A stretch of DNA of 62,927 nucleotides, counting the filler, from Octopus bimaculoides (taxonomy: Eukaryota), in assembly GCF_001194135.2 (NCBI RefSeq). It is 5 parts of 4 records of this genome, joined end to end, with 100 filler letters (N's around TTAATTAATTAA, not from the genome) between each part and the next. Parts side by side here need not be neighbours in the genome. Positions count along the whole stretch, not along the records: positions 26,096 to 51,439 come from NC_068999.1; positions 51,540 to 59,355 come from NC_068991.1; positions 59,456 to 62,927 come from NC_068991.1; 2 more parts are not named here. The stretch is one strand, 5' to 3'. The notes beneath the pieces were generated by a model, which was not told the origin of the DNA, did no database searches, and worked only from the letters and a program-made list of their open reading frames with translations. Each line of letters opens with the position of its first letter. The stretch's first letter is position 1. A program made the translations under genes and the position numbers. Shown here piece after piece: positions 49,944 to 62,927 of the stretch.

Positions 49944-51539
49944 NNNNNNNNNNNNNNNNNNNNNNNNNNNNNNNNNNNNNNNNNNNNNNNNNNNNNNNNN
50001 NNNNNNNNNNNNNNNNNNNNNNNNNNNNNNNNNNNNNNNNNNNNNNNNNNNNNNNNNNNNNNNNNNNNNNNNNNNNNNNNNNNNNNNNNNNNNNNNNNNN
50101 NNNNNNNNNNNNNNNNNNNNNNNNNNNNNNNNNNNNNNNNNNNNNNNNNNNNNNNNNNNNNNNNNNNNNNNNNNNNNNNNNNNNNNNNNNNNNNNNNNNN
50201 NNNNNNNNNNNNNNNNNNNNNNNNNNNNNNNNNNNNNNNNNNNNNNNNNNNNNNNNNNNNNNNNNNNNNNNNNNNNNNNNNNNNNNNNNNNNNNNNNNNN
50301 NNNNNNNNNNNNNNNNNNNNNNNNNNNNNNNNNNNNNNNNNNNNNNNNNNNNNNNNNNNNNNNNNNNNNNNNNNNNNNNNNNNNNNNNNNNNNNNNNNNN
50401 NNNNNNNNNNNNNNNNNNNNNNNNNNNNNNNNNNNNNNNNNNNNNNNNNNNNNNNNNNNNNNNNNNNNNNNNNNNNNNNNNNNNNNNNNNNNNNNNNNNN
50501 NNNNNNNNNNNNNNNNNNNNNNNNNNNNNNNNNNNNNNNNNNNNNNNNNNNNNNNNNNNNNNNNNNNNNNNNNNNNNNNNNNNNNNNNNNNNNNNNNNNN
50601 NNNNNNNNNNNNNNNNNNNNNNNNNNNNNNNNNNNNNNNNNNNNNNNNNNNNNNNNNNNNNNNNNNNNNNNNNNNNNNNNNNNNNNNNNNNNNNNNNNNN
50701 NNNNNNNNNNNNNNNNNNNNNNNNNNNNNNNNNNNNNNNNNNNNNNNNNNNNNNNNNNNNNNNNCTTGTCTATTTTATTTTATTTTACTTTCTCCCCTCT
50801 CTGCTTTATGAATCTACATTAACGTGAAATTGCCAAGTGTCTAAGAAATAAAAGAAAGCTTTTTAGCGAACATAAAAATGGTGGAAGTGAACAAAAAAGA
50901 AAAAAGCAAAACAAAATAAAAACGTTGTCTTTATTATAATTGTAGGTGTGTGCAGTGTGTATATGTGTGAATACATGTGTCTGTCTGTATATGTATGAAT
51001 ATATATGAATGAATATATATGTATATATGTACGCGTAATTATTAGTTTCATGTTTGTTACACATGTGTAAGGGATTTCCCAAGTATATATATATATATAT
51101 ATATAAATATATATATAAAAACACACTTTAGAAAAATACACACATATACACACACAGACATACGAGCATACACACACAGGCATGCACACACATGCACATA
51201 CACATGCAAATACACACACACAAACACAAACACAAACACACACACTACTATATTGAAAAGTTTCCATATTGAAACAGTTCAATGTACCAAATTGTATATA
51301 TATATATATATCCATGTACGTTTTTATTCGTGTATACAAATATATTGTGTATATAATTCTATGGACTTCTGTTTAATTAACCCTCCTCTACACACATACA
51401 TATACAGGTAATGAGAAAATGAGAGGTACACACACACACNNNNNNNNNNNNNNNNNNNNNNNNNNNNNNNNNNNNNNNNNNNNTTAATTAATTAANNNNN
51501 NNNNNNNNNNNNNNNNNNNNNNNNNNNNNNNNNNNNNNN

Positions 51540-51575
<36 letters not shown>

Positions 51576-52035
51576 TGTATGTATGTATGTATGTATGTAT
51601 GTATGTGTATGTGTATGTATGTATGTAAATATAATCATCTATGTCCATCTAGCAAGACCAGATGATCATAGAAGGAAAAACCTTTGACCTTTGGTCTGCT
51701 CGATCAAAGCAGATATGTGGCTAAACAACAAAACCACTCCCATCAATCACTTGTACTATCACACTTAAATCACCATCACTCTCAAATCAATCTCATCTAT
51801 ATTCATTTATGCTTTCCATTTATCTGCACACTCTAATGACTCGACTCCATTAAACCATACTTATTAAATGCAATTATCATTAACCTCACTTTCTGTTTTT
51901 TTTTGTTTTTTTTAACTTCCAGTAAAGATAAGATCAGGAAGCAGGAAGATCGGGTGAGGTTCGCTGAATCATTATCAAAGTTCTTGTCTGTGTGTCCTTT
52001 ATCGATGTCTCATTTCTTCTTGATGAGGTTATTCT

Positions 52036-52253
52036 TTACTCTTTTACTCTTTTACTTGTTTCAGTCATTTGACTGCAGCCATGCTGGAGCACCACCTTTA
52101 GTCGAGCAAATCGACCCCAGGACTTATTCTTTGGAAGCCTAGTACTTATTCTATCGGTGTTTTTTGCCGAACCACTAAGTTACGGGAATGTAAACACACC
52201 ACCATCAGTTGTTAAGCGATGGTGGGGGGACAAACACAGACACATACACATAT

Positions 52254-52296
<43 letters not shown>

Positions 52297-52933
52297 NNNN
52301 NNNNNNNNNNNNNNNNNNNNNNNNNNNNNNNNNNNNNNNNNNNNNNNNNNNNNNNNNNNNNNNNNNNNNNNNNNNNNNNNNNNNNNNNNNNNNNNNNNNN
52401 NNNNNNNNNNNNNNNNNNNNNNNNNNNNNNNNNNNNNNNNNNNNNNNNNNNNNNNNNNNNNNNNNNNNNNNNNNNNNNNNNNNNNNNNNNNNNNNNNNNN
52501 NNNNNNNNNNNNNNNNNNNNNNNNNNNNNNNNNNNNNNNNNNNNNNNNNNNNNNNNNNNNNNNNNNNNNNNNNNNNNNNNTTTCGTGCGGGTGACACGTA
52601 AAAGCACCCACTACACTCTCTGAGTGGTTGGCGTTAGGAAGGGCATCCAGCTGTAGAAACTCTGCCAAATTAGATTGGAGCCTGGTGTTGCCATCCGGTT
52701 TCACCAGTCCTCAGTCAAATCGTCCAACCCATGCTAGCATGGAAAGCGGACGTTAAACGATGATGATGATGATGATGATATATATACATATATACGACGG
52801 GCTTCTTTCAGTTTCCGTCTACCAAATCCACTCATAAGGCTTTGGTTGGTCCGAGGCTATAGTAGAAGACACTTGCCCAAGGTGCCATGTGGTTGGTTAG
52901 CAAGCTACTTACCACACAGCCACTCCCGCGCCT
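52036..52933 (-). mobile_element. SINE family A split by a nested insertion
   Basis: Tail 52036-52255, (TA)n and gap, RTE-tail insert, head 52795-52933. Confidence 0.85.
52581..52778 (+). mobile_element. RTE-tail repeat (young), 5' end hidden in a gap
   Basis: Close match to 18355-18530; ends in (GAT)n. Confidence 0.88.
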
Positions 52934-53209
52934 ACAAAAATAGCAGTCAAAAATCTTTCAAATTACATTTTACCATCTTATAACACATTGGATAAAGTAC
53001 TCCAAGGTATACAGTGATAGAAAATAATGTGAGGATGGTCACATCTGGAACATCTTTGATCATAGGTGTCTTTGATTGGGGCTGACAAGTGACTAAACAA
53101 CATTAACAAGGGAGAATTGGCTCTTATTTCCAGGAAATCAAGCAACAACTGGTCTATTGATGTGTATATGTGTTCGTGTTGTGTGCTTATACTGCTTGTC
53201 TTGTTATTG

Positions 53210-53314
53210 TGATTTGAGGGAGATTTGACTGCTATTTCTAACCAGTCAGGTGGCTACTCATGGCCAATTGATTTGTGACTTGTTAGAAACAGCAGTCAAA
53301 TCTTTCTCAGATCA
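53210..53314. repeat. Fold-back of a family D 3' segment
   Basis: 53210-53248 vs 53276-53314 inverted. Confidence 0.75.
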
Positions 53315-53540
53315 TACCATACAATATAACACCACATTTGATAATGTGATCCTTGGAGCACTGTGCTAAGGATTAAAGCTGGATAGCCACGCTCAGAATG
53401 TCACTGACCACAAGACAGCTTGACCAAAGGTGCCTTGAAGGAAGAAAAAGTAAAAACCACCACCACCACCACCATCACTCACCAACACTTCAACATCAAT
53501 GTTACTCACCTCCCTACCACCATAATGTTGGGCCAACTAA

Positions 53541-53581
53541 AGCCCTGTGAGCAGATTTGGTAGATGGAAACTGAAAGAAGC

Positions 53582-53622
<41 letters not shown>

Positions 53623-53830
53623 GTGTGAGTGTGTCTGTGTTTGTCCCCCCCACCCCATAATCGCTTGACAACTGGTGCTGGTGTTTACGTCCCCCAGTTC
53701 AGCAAAAGAGACCGATAGAATAAGTATTAGGCTTACAAAGAAAAAGTCCTGGGGTTGATTTGTTTGACTAAAGGTGGTGCTCCAGCATGGCCACAGTCAA
53801 ATGACTGAAACAAGTAAAAGAATAAAAGAA
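53541..53830 (+). mobile_element. SINE family A, 5' truncated
   Basis: Body, (TA)n(TG)n and a complete tail. Confidence 0.85.
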
Positions 53831-54383
53831 TGAAAGAATATACATATATATAATAAATAATAATTGAACATGACACATCCATTTCCAAGTAAGTTTATAC
53901 ATACATACATACATACATACATACATACATACATACATACATACACACGTATGTATTCCATTTATCAGCACACAATACTAACGACTCAACTGAACTACAT
54001 TTATTGATTGCAATTATGACAAACATTAACATCAGCATTATTAAAATGGTCATGACTTGAACACCTATTTAATCATAGATCTGCTCAGAGGAGACCTGAG
54101 GCCATACAACAACAACAACAACAGCAACAACAATTTCACACTCCTTATATCTTACTTTTTTCTTTTCCTTTTGCTTGCAACACGTCTGATTAATCAACTG
54201 TTTGCTAATTATGTAATGTATCTAACCCAGATGGTAGATGTTAACTTATGTCCTTTATGCAAATATGACTGTGTAGCGAAGGAATAATACAAGTATGATT
54301 GGTTCCATCTCAATGCACAGATGTCTTCTTCTACAGCCTTCAATTCACCAATGTCTTTACTTTATTGTTATTCTTGAGGATGT

Positions 54384-54765
54384 GGAGGTGCAATGGCTCA
54401 GTGGTTAGGGCAGCGGACTCACCGTCATAGGATCGCGGTTTCGATTCCCAGACCGGGCATTGTGAGTGTTTATTGAGCGAAAACACCTAAAGCTCTACGA
54501 GGCTCCGGCAGGGGATGGTGGCGAACCCTGCTGTACTCTTCCACCACAACTTTCTCTCGCTCTTTCTTCCTGTTTCTGTTGTGCCTGTAATTTAAAGGGT
54601 CAGCCTTGTCATACTGTGTCACGCTGAATATCCCCGAGAACTACGTTAAGGGTACACGTGTCTGTGGAGTGCTCAGCCACTTGACATTAATTTCACACGC
54701 AGGCTGTTCCGTTGATCGGATCAACTGGAACTCTCGACGTCGTAAGCGATGGAGTGCCAACAACA
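54384..54765 (+). mobile_element. SINE with the family C tail but a different head/body
   Basis: Head ggaggtgcaatggctcagtggttaggg, body ttgtgagtgtttattgagcgaaaacacc, then the family C tail. Confidence 0.85.
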
Positions 54766-54846
54766 TTCTTGGGGATGGTCATCTTTTGTCAATTAAATAC
54801 ATGAACTATTTATCTTCACTTCAGTTTTTTATTAGTATTATACTCT

Positions 54847-55188
54847 TTTCTCTTTTACTCTTTTACTTGTTTCAGTCATTTGACTACGGCCATGCTGGAG
54901 CACCACCTTTAGTCGAACAAATCGACCCCAGGACTTATTCTTTGGAAGCCTAGTACTTATTCTATCAGTGTCTTTTGCCGAACTGCTAAGTTATGGAGAT
55001 GTAAATACACCACCATCGGCTGTCAAGCAATGCTAGGGGAACAAACACAGACACACAAACATATACACACACATACATATACATACATACATATATACGA
55101 CGGGCTTCTTTCAGTTTCTGTCTACCAAATCCACTCACAAGGCTTTGGACGGCCCGAGGCTATAGTAGAAAACACTTGCCCAAGGTGT
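54847..55188 (-). mobile_element. SINE family A
   Basis: Tail, CA/TA microsatellite and partial head. Confidence 0.85.
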
Positions 55189-55214
55189 CTTCTTTCTTTC
55201 TATCTTTTAGCTTA

Positions 55215-55949
55215 TATCTTTTTTCTTGTTTCAGTCCTTGGACTGCGGTCATGATGGACCACTGTCTCGAAGGGTTTAGTTAAATAAATCAGACCCCAAA
55301 CTTATTAAAATATCTGGTTACTTATATATATTTTGTTGNNNNNNNNNNNNNNNNNNNNNNNNNNNNNNNNNNNNNNNNNNNNNNNNNNNNNNNNNNNNNN
55401 NNNNNNNNNNNNNNNNNNNNNNNNNNNNNNNNNNNNNNNNNNNNNNNNNNNNNNNNNNNNNNNNNNNNNNNNNNNNNNNNNNNNNNNNNNNNNNNNNNNN
55501 NNNNNNNNNNNNNNNNNNNNNNNNNNNNNNNNNNNNNNNNNNNNNNNNNNNNNNNNNNNNNNNNNNNNNNNNNNNNNNNNNNNNNNNNNNNNNNNNNNNN
55601 NNNNNNNNNNNNNNNNNNNNNNNNNNNNNNNNNNNNNNNNNNNNNNNNNNNNNNNNNNNNNNNNNNNNNNNNNNNNNNNNNNNNNNNNNNNNNNNNNNNN
55701 NNNNNNNNNNNNNNNNNNNNNNNNNNNNNNNNNNNNNNNNNNNNNNNNNNNNNNNNNNNNNNNNNNNNNNNNNACACACACACACACACACACACATGAT
55801 AGGCTTCTCTCAGTTTCTGTCTACAAAATCCACTCACAAGCCATTAGTCAGTTAGGGGCTGTAGCAGAAGACACTTGCCCAATGGGACTGAACCCAAGAC
55901 CTCATGGTTGAGAAGCAAACTTCTTATCTACACAGCCATACCTACACCT
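55215..55949 (-). mobile_element. SINE family A spanning a gap
   Basis: Tail before the gap; (CA)n and head after it. Confidence 0.7.
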
Positions 55950-55982
55950 ATTTATTTATTCATTTATTTATATATTTTATAT

Positions 55983-56216
55983 CTTATTTCTTTACTACCC
56001 ACAAGGGGCTACACACAGAGGGGACAAACAAAGACAGACAAACAGATTAAGTCGATTATATCGACCCCAGTACGTAACTGGTACTTATTTAATCGACCTC
56101 GAACGGATGAAATGCAAAATCAACCTCAACGGAATTTGAACTCAAAATGTAGCGGCAGACGAAATATTGCTAAGCATTTCGCCCAGCGTGCTAACATTTC
56201 TGCCAGCTCGCTGCCT
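55983..56216 (-). mobile_element. SINE family B head with an alternative 3' tail
   Basis: Family B body 56051-56216 joined to a different tail (ctttgtttgtcccctctgtgtgtagccccttgtggg). Confidence 0.8.
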
Positions 56217-56420
56217 AATTTATTTTATATCTTAATTGGTAAAACATAACACTGTTGGTTACAGGTTTTCAATCAGCCAGTTACTGGTTCACAGCCTTTT
56301 TGATGATGAGGCTGACTTGGAAGTGTCTAAAAGTCAATGCAGAACAAATGTCTCAAGGAACTTTCTTCATGAGGCACTGTTTTTTCTTTGTTTTCTCATT
56401 TACAGACACAGACACACACA

Positions 56421-56522
<102 letters not shown>

Positions 56523-56839
56523 CATGAGTGAGTGGACAAATGAAAGAAACAAGGTTGGTTCCCGTAAGAAGCCTAAGGAACTTCGTTGCATGGGACTGAA
56601 ACAAACTGTTTTAAATGATGGTCGCTCCTGTCGCTTTCAATATATGATGTCTGGAGGAGAGGATTAAAAAGAGAAAAAAAAAAAGAGAGAGAGGGAGAAA
56701 AAGAAAAAAAAAACGTTAAACATAAAAGAAGCTGCATCTATTTGCTATGGATGTAATTTGAATCCAGGAATGGATTTTGCTATGAAGTCAGAATAGAGAC
56801 ACTGATGATAGAGATTTTGCCTGGGATTGGGCAAATGTG

Positions 56840-57830
56840 TCTTTCATTGTTCTGTCTCTTCAACTTAAATTGTTTAGAAGCCACTTGATACACTTTACAC
56901 CATTTAGATCAATCTTTCCCAAGATGTCAAATTGAGCTGTAGGGATTTTAGTGATTGTTTCAACTTATCCTTAAAACCTAAGGATAGGTCTTCTTTACCA
57001 CAGTATCCGTCTTCTTGTTGGCCACACAAAAGGATTTTTGGAATGTGGTTATCTTTCATTCAAACAACATGTCCAACTCATCTGCCCTGAATTCTCAGCA
57101 GCATGCTTTTGATACTGGAGATATCACATTTTTTCTATGGCTCTTGACATTTGATATCTTGTCATTTCATGTTGCAGATATTGTGCAGAGAGCACACATG
57201 AAAGGTTTTGAGTTTCTTTATTTGTCTGTAGTAGGAACTCCTTGCTTCTGTCCCATACAAAAGTGTGCTCGAAATACAAGATTTGTATATGCTTATTATA
57301 GTTTTCAGACTGAAACTGTGCTCATCCCACAAACAATGGGAAAGTTGTCCAAAATCTCTTTTAGCCTTAAATATTCTAACATTGATTTCATCATCAAGAA
57401 TACTCTCAAAGTTGACTGTACTTCCAAGATATCTAAATGACCAGACCCATTTGAGTGGCTTATTGTTAATCATCACATTTGAATCTTGAGTATGTTCTGC
57501 CTCAGGCTTTGGTTGGAATAAAACTTCAGTCTTCTTGATGATGACGGTCGGTCCAAACTTCTACAGCAAACCTGATGACTGTTTCCTGAATTCCCTCAAA
57601 TGTATGAGAAATCAAAGCACAACAATCAGCAAACAGAAAATCATGTAGAATCTCTTCCTTTGTATTTTCCTTTGATCTGAAACTTTGCCATTCTAGGTTT
57701 AGTAGACCTTTTGTGCAAAACTGAAATTTTACACCTTCATGGTAATCCCTAAAAGCATGTTGGAGTGTCATTGAAAAGAATATGGAAAAAGGCTCAGGAG
57801 TTAAAACAACCCTGTTTGGTTCCACGATAC
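56840..57830 (-). mobile_element. RTE (BovB-like) LINE fragment, RT domain 4 to C-terminus, defective
   Basis: GTKQGC.LTP.PFSIFFS..LQHAF...GVKF, DFLFADCCAL, FRYLGSTV...LDDEINVRI.KA, LKTIISIYKSCISSTLLYGTE. Confidence 0.88.
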
Positions 57831-57964
57831 TCTTTCACTTATAAAATATATTCAAACTATGTAAACTGTGTGCATTTTCCTTCTTTTTATTTTATATATA
57901 TATATATATTTTGCATTACAACTCACTGTGTGGGGATAATCGAAATTCTCCTCCTCCCTTTTCT

Positions 57965-57999
<35 letters not shown>

Positions 58000-58203
58000 G
58001 CTCAGTAATCATTCATATCCTGTTCAGTTGCCAACTGTTATAAGATACAAAATATCTTCTTGCAGTTGGTAACTAAATGAGACACCAATGGTGAAGCCAA
58101 GGAGTTGTTGGAGAGCTTTCCTGTCTCAAACCCTGATGGCTATCATATGACATATATAGCAGTATTATGCTTCTTGATCACATGCTCCAACTATTGCTGC
58201 TGT

Positions 58204-58257
<54 letters not shown>

Positions 58258-58470
58258 ACTTAGTATCTGTTTTATTGTTGCTGCTGTTGTCAGTCTTTAG
58301 TTCTTCCTTGTTGCTGCTGCTACCATTTAGCCCCAGGTCTGATTGGATCCAGCTGACCTGTGATCAAACATGTTCCAGTTGCAGCCATCCCTTTTTATCC
58401 AACATGGCGTATATAGGACTACATCATTCAATGTGTCCTGCCTGATTGTCATTCTTATTTAAAAAGGAGC

Positions 58471-58788
58471 ACTCCAACGATTACGATGACGAGGGTCCCA
58501 GCTGATATGATCAACGGAACAGCTTTCTTGTGAAATTAACGTGCAAGTGGCTGAGCACTCCACAGACACATGTACCCTTAACATAGTTCTCAGGGAGAAT
58601 CAGCGTGACACAGAATGTGACAAGGCTGGCCCCTTTGAATTACAGGTACTACTCATTTTTGCCAGCTGAGTGGACTGGAGCAATGTGAAATAAAGTGTCT
58701 TTCTCAAGGACACAACACATTGCTGGGAATTGAACTCACGACCTTACGATCATGAGCCAAATGCCCGAACCACTGATCCATGTGCCTT
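58471..58788 (-). mobile_element. SINE family C, full length
   Basis: Reverse complement of 14248-14560. Confidence 0.88.
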
Positions 58789-58820
58789 CACCATTCTTAT
58801 TTAGTCATAAGTTGATAGAT

Positions 58821-58978
58821 TTCCGTACAGTTTCCATCTACCATATTCACTCTGAAGGCATTGGTTAACCAAGGACTATAAAAGAAGACACTTGCCCAAG
58901 GTGCTATGCAATGGGATTGAACCTGAAACTATGCAGCTACAAAGCAAGCTTCTTAACCACACAGCCATGCCTACACCT
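58821..58978 (-). mobile_element. SINE family A head
   Basis: agaagacacttgcccaaggtgc...ttcttaaccacacagccatgc. Confidence 0.82.
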
Positions 58979-59156
58979 AGAAATTTCTTACTTGAAAACA
59001 GGTAAGAGTTGGCAACAGGAAAAGCATCTTGCAGTATCATCCTCAGCTGATTCTCTGTCTAAACTCATACTAGCATAGACAAACTGACATTAAGCAAATG
59101 AAAGATTGAACAGAAAATGGAAAATCTGGAATATAAATTTGTTATAGAAGTTAATT

Positions 59157-59319
59157 AGCATGGCTGTGTGGTAGGATGCTCGCTTCCTGACTACATGGTT
59201 CCAGGTTCAGTCCCACTGTGTGGCACCTTGGGTAAATGTCTTCTACTATAGCCTTTGACTGACCAAAGCCTTGTAGCCTTGAAAGTGGATTTGGTAGATG
59301 GAAACTGAAAGAAGCCTGT

Positions 59320-59335
<16 letters not shown>
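59157..59335 (+). mobile_element. SINE family A head running into (TA)n and a gap
   Basis: gcatggctgtgtggtagg...gaaactgaaagaagcc followed by (TA)n. Confidence 0.85.
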
Positions 59336-59355
<20 letters not shown>

Positions 59356-59557
59356 NNNNNNNNNNNNNNNNNNNNNNNNNNNNNNNNNNNNNNNNNNNNT
59401 TAATTAATTAANNNNNNNNNNNNNNNNNNNNNNNNNNNNNNNNNNNNNNNNNNNNACACCGACACACACACACACACATGCATACATCTATCTACACAAC
59501 AGTCCACTTACTGTTCTATTCTACCTGTGTAAACTGGGTATGGGGGTATGATATCTA

Positions 59558-59795
59558 CTATGCATATTTCATATTTAGTATTGGGGAGGTTTCATTTATG
59601 AGGACGTACTCCTGCATTTGTCTGAGTGTTGGGTCCTTTGGGTGCTTGGGTAAGATGCAGCTGTCAAGTTGACCCAGGTTGCCTCCATGTTGGTCTTTGG
59701 CATGTTGGTAGAGTATGGAGGAGTGTTTTTTTGTCGTCATATTCTCTCAAATGTTCATTTAGTCGTTCCGCAATGCTCCTAGATGTCTCCCTTGG
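59558..59795 (-). mobile_element. Penelope-like element GIY-YIG endonuclease C-terminal fragment
   Basis: GETSRSIAERLNEHLRE..K(fs)HSSILYQHAKDQH...IL...PTLRQMQEYVLINETSPILN. Confidence 0.78.
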
Positions 59796-59827
59796 CCATA
59801 TTAATGTGGTGATAAACATTACTTCTT

Positions 59828-59920
<93 letters not shown>

Positions 59921-59956
59921 ATATATATATATGTACTCAAATACGAATATTTACGC

Positions 59957-60012
<56 letters not shown>

Positions 60013-60394
60013 GTGTGCATTCATATTTACATACATATGTGTATTTAAGTGTATTCAAGTTTTAGCACTGCGTATACGAGTATATATATATGTGTGTGTG
60101 TGTGTGTATGTATATACACACACATATTCACATGTATTCACACAAGCCTATACTCACGCACACACGCTCACACATACATACATACACTCACAGACACACG
60201 CACCACGCATATTAATATTTTCGATTAGGCATAACGATGTTATTAACCTGGAGTTAGAACTCAATATCCAGAAGCATCAGAATAAAGTGTTAGTGCATGC
60301 GTGCCCCTACATGTATTTACAATATCTGATAGTCTGTATTTTACCATATATATATATGTATTCATTTATATTTATCTATGTGTGCGTGCGTTCG

Positions 60395-60438
<44 letters not shown>

Positions 60439-61780
60439 TNNNNNNNNNNNNNNNNNNNNNNNNNNNNNNNNNNNNNNNNNNNNNNNNNNNNNNNNNNNNN
60501 NNNNNNNNNNNNNNNNNNNNNNNNNNNNNNNNNNNNNNNNNNNNNNNNNNNNNNNNNNNNNNNNNNNNNNNNNNNNNNNNNNNNNNNNNNNNNNNNNNNN
60601 NNNNNNNNNNNNNNNNNNNNNNNNNNNNNNNNNNNNNNNNNNNNNNNNNNNNNNNNNNNNNNNNNNNNNNNNNNNNNNNNNNNNNNNNNNNNNNNNNNNN
60701 NNNNNNNNNNNNNNNNNNNNNNNNNNNNNNNNNNNNNNNNNNNNNNNNNNNNNNNNNNNNNNNNNNNNNNNNNNNNNNNNNNNNNNNNNNNNNNNNNNNN
60801 NNNNNNNNNNNNNNNNNNNNNNNNNNNNNNNNNNNNNNNNNNNNNNNNNNNNNNNNNNNNNNNNNNNNNNNNNNNNNNNNNNNNNNNNNNNNNNNNNNNN
60901 NNNNNNNNNNNNNNNNNNNNNNNNNNNNNNNNNNNNNNNNNNNNNNNNNNNNNNNNNNNNNNNNNNNNNNNNNNNNNNNNNNNNNNNNNNNNNNNNNNNN
61001 NNNNNNNNNNNNNNNNNNNNNNNNNNNNNNNNNNNNNNNNNNNNNNNNNNNNNNNNNNNNNNNNNNNNNNNNNNNNNNNNNNNNNNNNNNNNNNNNNNNN
61101 NNNNNNNNNNNNNNNNNNNNNNNNNNNNNNNNNNNNNNNNNNNNNNNNNNNNNNNNNNNNNNNNNNNNNNNNNNNNNNNNNNNNNNNNNNNNNNNNNNNN
61201 NNNNNNNNNNNNNNNNNNNNNNNNNNNNNNNNNNNNNNNNNNNNNNNNNNNNNNNNNNNNNNNNNNNNNNNNNNNNNNNNNNNNNNNNNNNNNNNNNNNN
61301 NNNNNNNNNNNNNNNNNNNNNNNNNNNNNNNNNNNNNNNNNNNNTATATATATATATATATATATGAGAAGCTTCTTTCAGTTTCCGTCAACCAAATCCA
61401 CTTTCAAGGCTATGGTCGGTCCGAGGTTAAAATTCAATATTGAGTAGTGAACCTATGATATACTTGGTTCTATATTATAATTGCAAAATGAAATACAGTG
61501 GCCCTGCCATCAGTTAATATATGCATGCCAGTTGCCGGATATGTGTTTAGTATGCAAATAGCTCTATCCAATTGTGTTACACCGCTAAACCTAGTAGGTG
61601 ATTAAGCGTTGTGTTCGTGGAGAGTTGATGGTTTAGATGAGGTGCTGATAAAAGGGCAATAATCTTTGAAATATACATATACATTCACTACGCAGACTTC
61701 CTATCTTGAAAAGAAGCTTTAACATACAAGATGAGGCTCATAACGAATACATCATTTGCCTCCCTTAACTCAGTGACGAT

Positions 61781-61832
<52 letters not shown>

Positions 61833-62023
61833 NNNNNNNNNNCAGCGAGATGAGGGAGTTAAAACATACATTTGTTATGAGCCTGATCTTGAATGTTAAA
61901 TTTTGAATTTATATTTTTTTTCACCGAAGAAAACGACTTTTTCATTGATTTGTTCATCAAAAACAAAAACACGTCTGAAACAGCTATAGTGAACCATAAC
62001 CTATTTGTATTCTTGCTGATATA

Positions 62024-62149
62024 CAGGGTGTCCACAAGGTCTGGGTACATGGAGTAAATAAAATCATAACATAAACAATTAAATGTAAGAAATAATAATT
62101 TCTTAAAGTATGTGCTAATCTCATGTACCCAGACTTTGTGGACACCCTG
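62024..62149. mobile_element. Tc1/mariner-type MITE (family M3), 126 bp
   Basis: TA flanks. 28-bp terminal repeats CAGGGTGTCCACAAGGTCTGGGTACATG / CATGTACCCAGACTTTGTGGACACCCTG. Confidence 0.92.
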
Positions 62150-62171
62150 TATATACCATCTGTTATCTATT

Positions 62172-62380
62172 ATCTGTTTCAATTATTAGACTGCGGTCAT
62201 GCTGGGGCACCACCTTAAAGAATTTTAGTCGAACGAATCGACTGTAGTACTTATTCTGCTTGTCTGTTTTGCCAAACCACTAAGTTATGGGAATGTAAAC
62301 ACACCAACACCGGTTGTCAAGTGATATTGGGGGACAAACACAGACACACATACACACAGACACATACACACACACGCATA
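62172..62380 (-). mobile_element. SINE family A tail
   Basis: gtttcaattattagactgcggtcatgctggggcacc...gggggacaaacacagacac. Confidence 0.82.
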
Positions 62381-62749
62381 TATTTATCGTGCATAGCCGC
62401 AGCCTTAGTACTGAAACATAAAGCAGAATATATATATATAATTGTTAAGTTTTAAAACGGAGAGATCTAACGGATACAAATAAATTTATTAATTAATTAA
62501 CATATTCAGCTACAATTGTTTCATTTCACAACCCAAATTAAAACTACAAAGCATATATAAATATATAATCTTGCATTTATAATACCTTGGATGGAAAATC
62601 ATTAGGGTGCACAAAAGGACAATACAGGGATACGTTGTGATCCGCTGGAATACTCAGAATATATAACCATGTTTATTATATGTGTGTGCATATGTGTGTG
62701 TGCACGCATGCGCTAAAATTATTATTTTGATTTTTATTGAAATAATAAC

Positions 62750-62802
<53 letters not shown>

Positions 62803-62927
62803 TGAGTTAGAGTATATAAGAGTAAAACTACATAAAAAATAAAACAAAGTAAAAGTGAAAAAAAAATTATGTTCATGTTTTTATAGGTGTGTGCATATGT
62901 GCATGCGTATATATATATATATATATA

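Overview
AT-rich, gap-ridden eukaryotic genomic DNA. The microsatellite density and SINE/RTE families look like a coleoid cephalopod, most likely Octopus (inference from sequence style, not a database hit). No prokaryotic features, rRNA, intact tRNA or CRISPR are visible, and almost all ORFs in the track are microsatellite or N-gap artefacts. One host gene is supported on the minus strand: a 101-nt exon at 16978-16878 splices in phase to a terminal coding exon at 13630-13013, giving a basic motif, an S/T/Q-rich linker and a C-terminal CxxC...C..H zinc ribbon. The rest is transposon debris: a DD37E Tc1-like element, an internally deleted piggyBac, Tc1/mariner and hAT MITEs, a Helitron 3' end, RTE LINE fragments, two Penelope-like (PLE) coding remnants and three tRNA-derived SINE families. 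The most interesting signal is a set of minimal type-I hammerhead-ribozyme motifs. The best are at 18688-18742, 27307-27355, 42065-42115 and 11578-11622, all on the minus strand, i.e. the host gene's sense strand. One carries an apparent compensatory U3-A8 core pair, and two motifs (11578 and a degenerate one at 5677) sit in the loops of long fold-back elements. All folds were parsed by eye and need computational and experimental confirmation.
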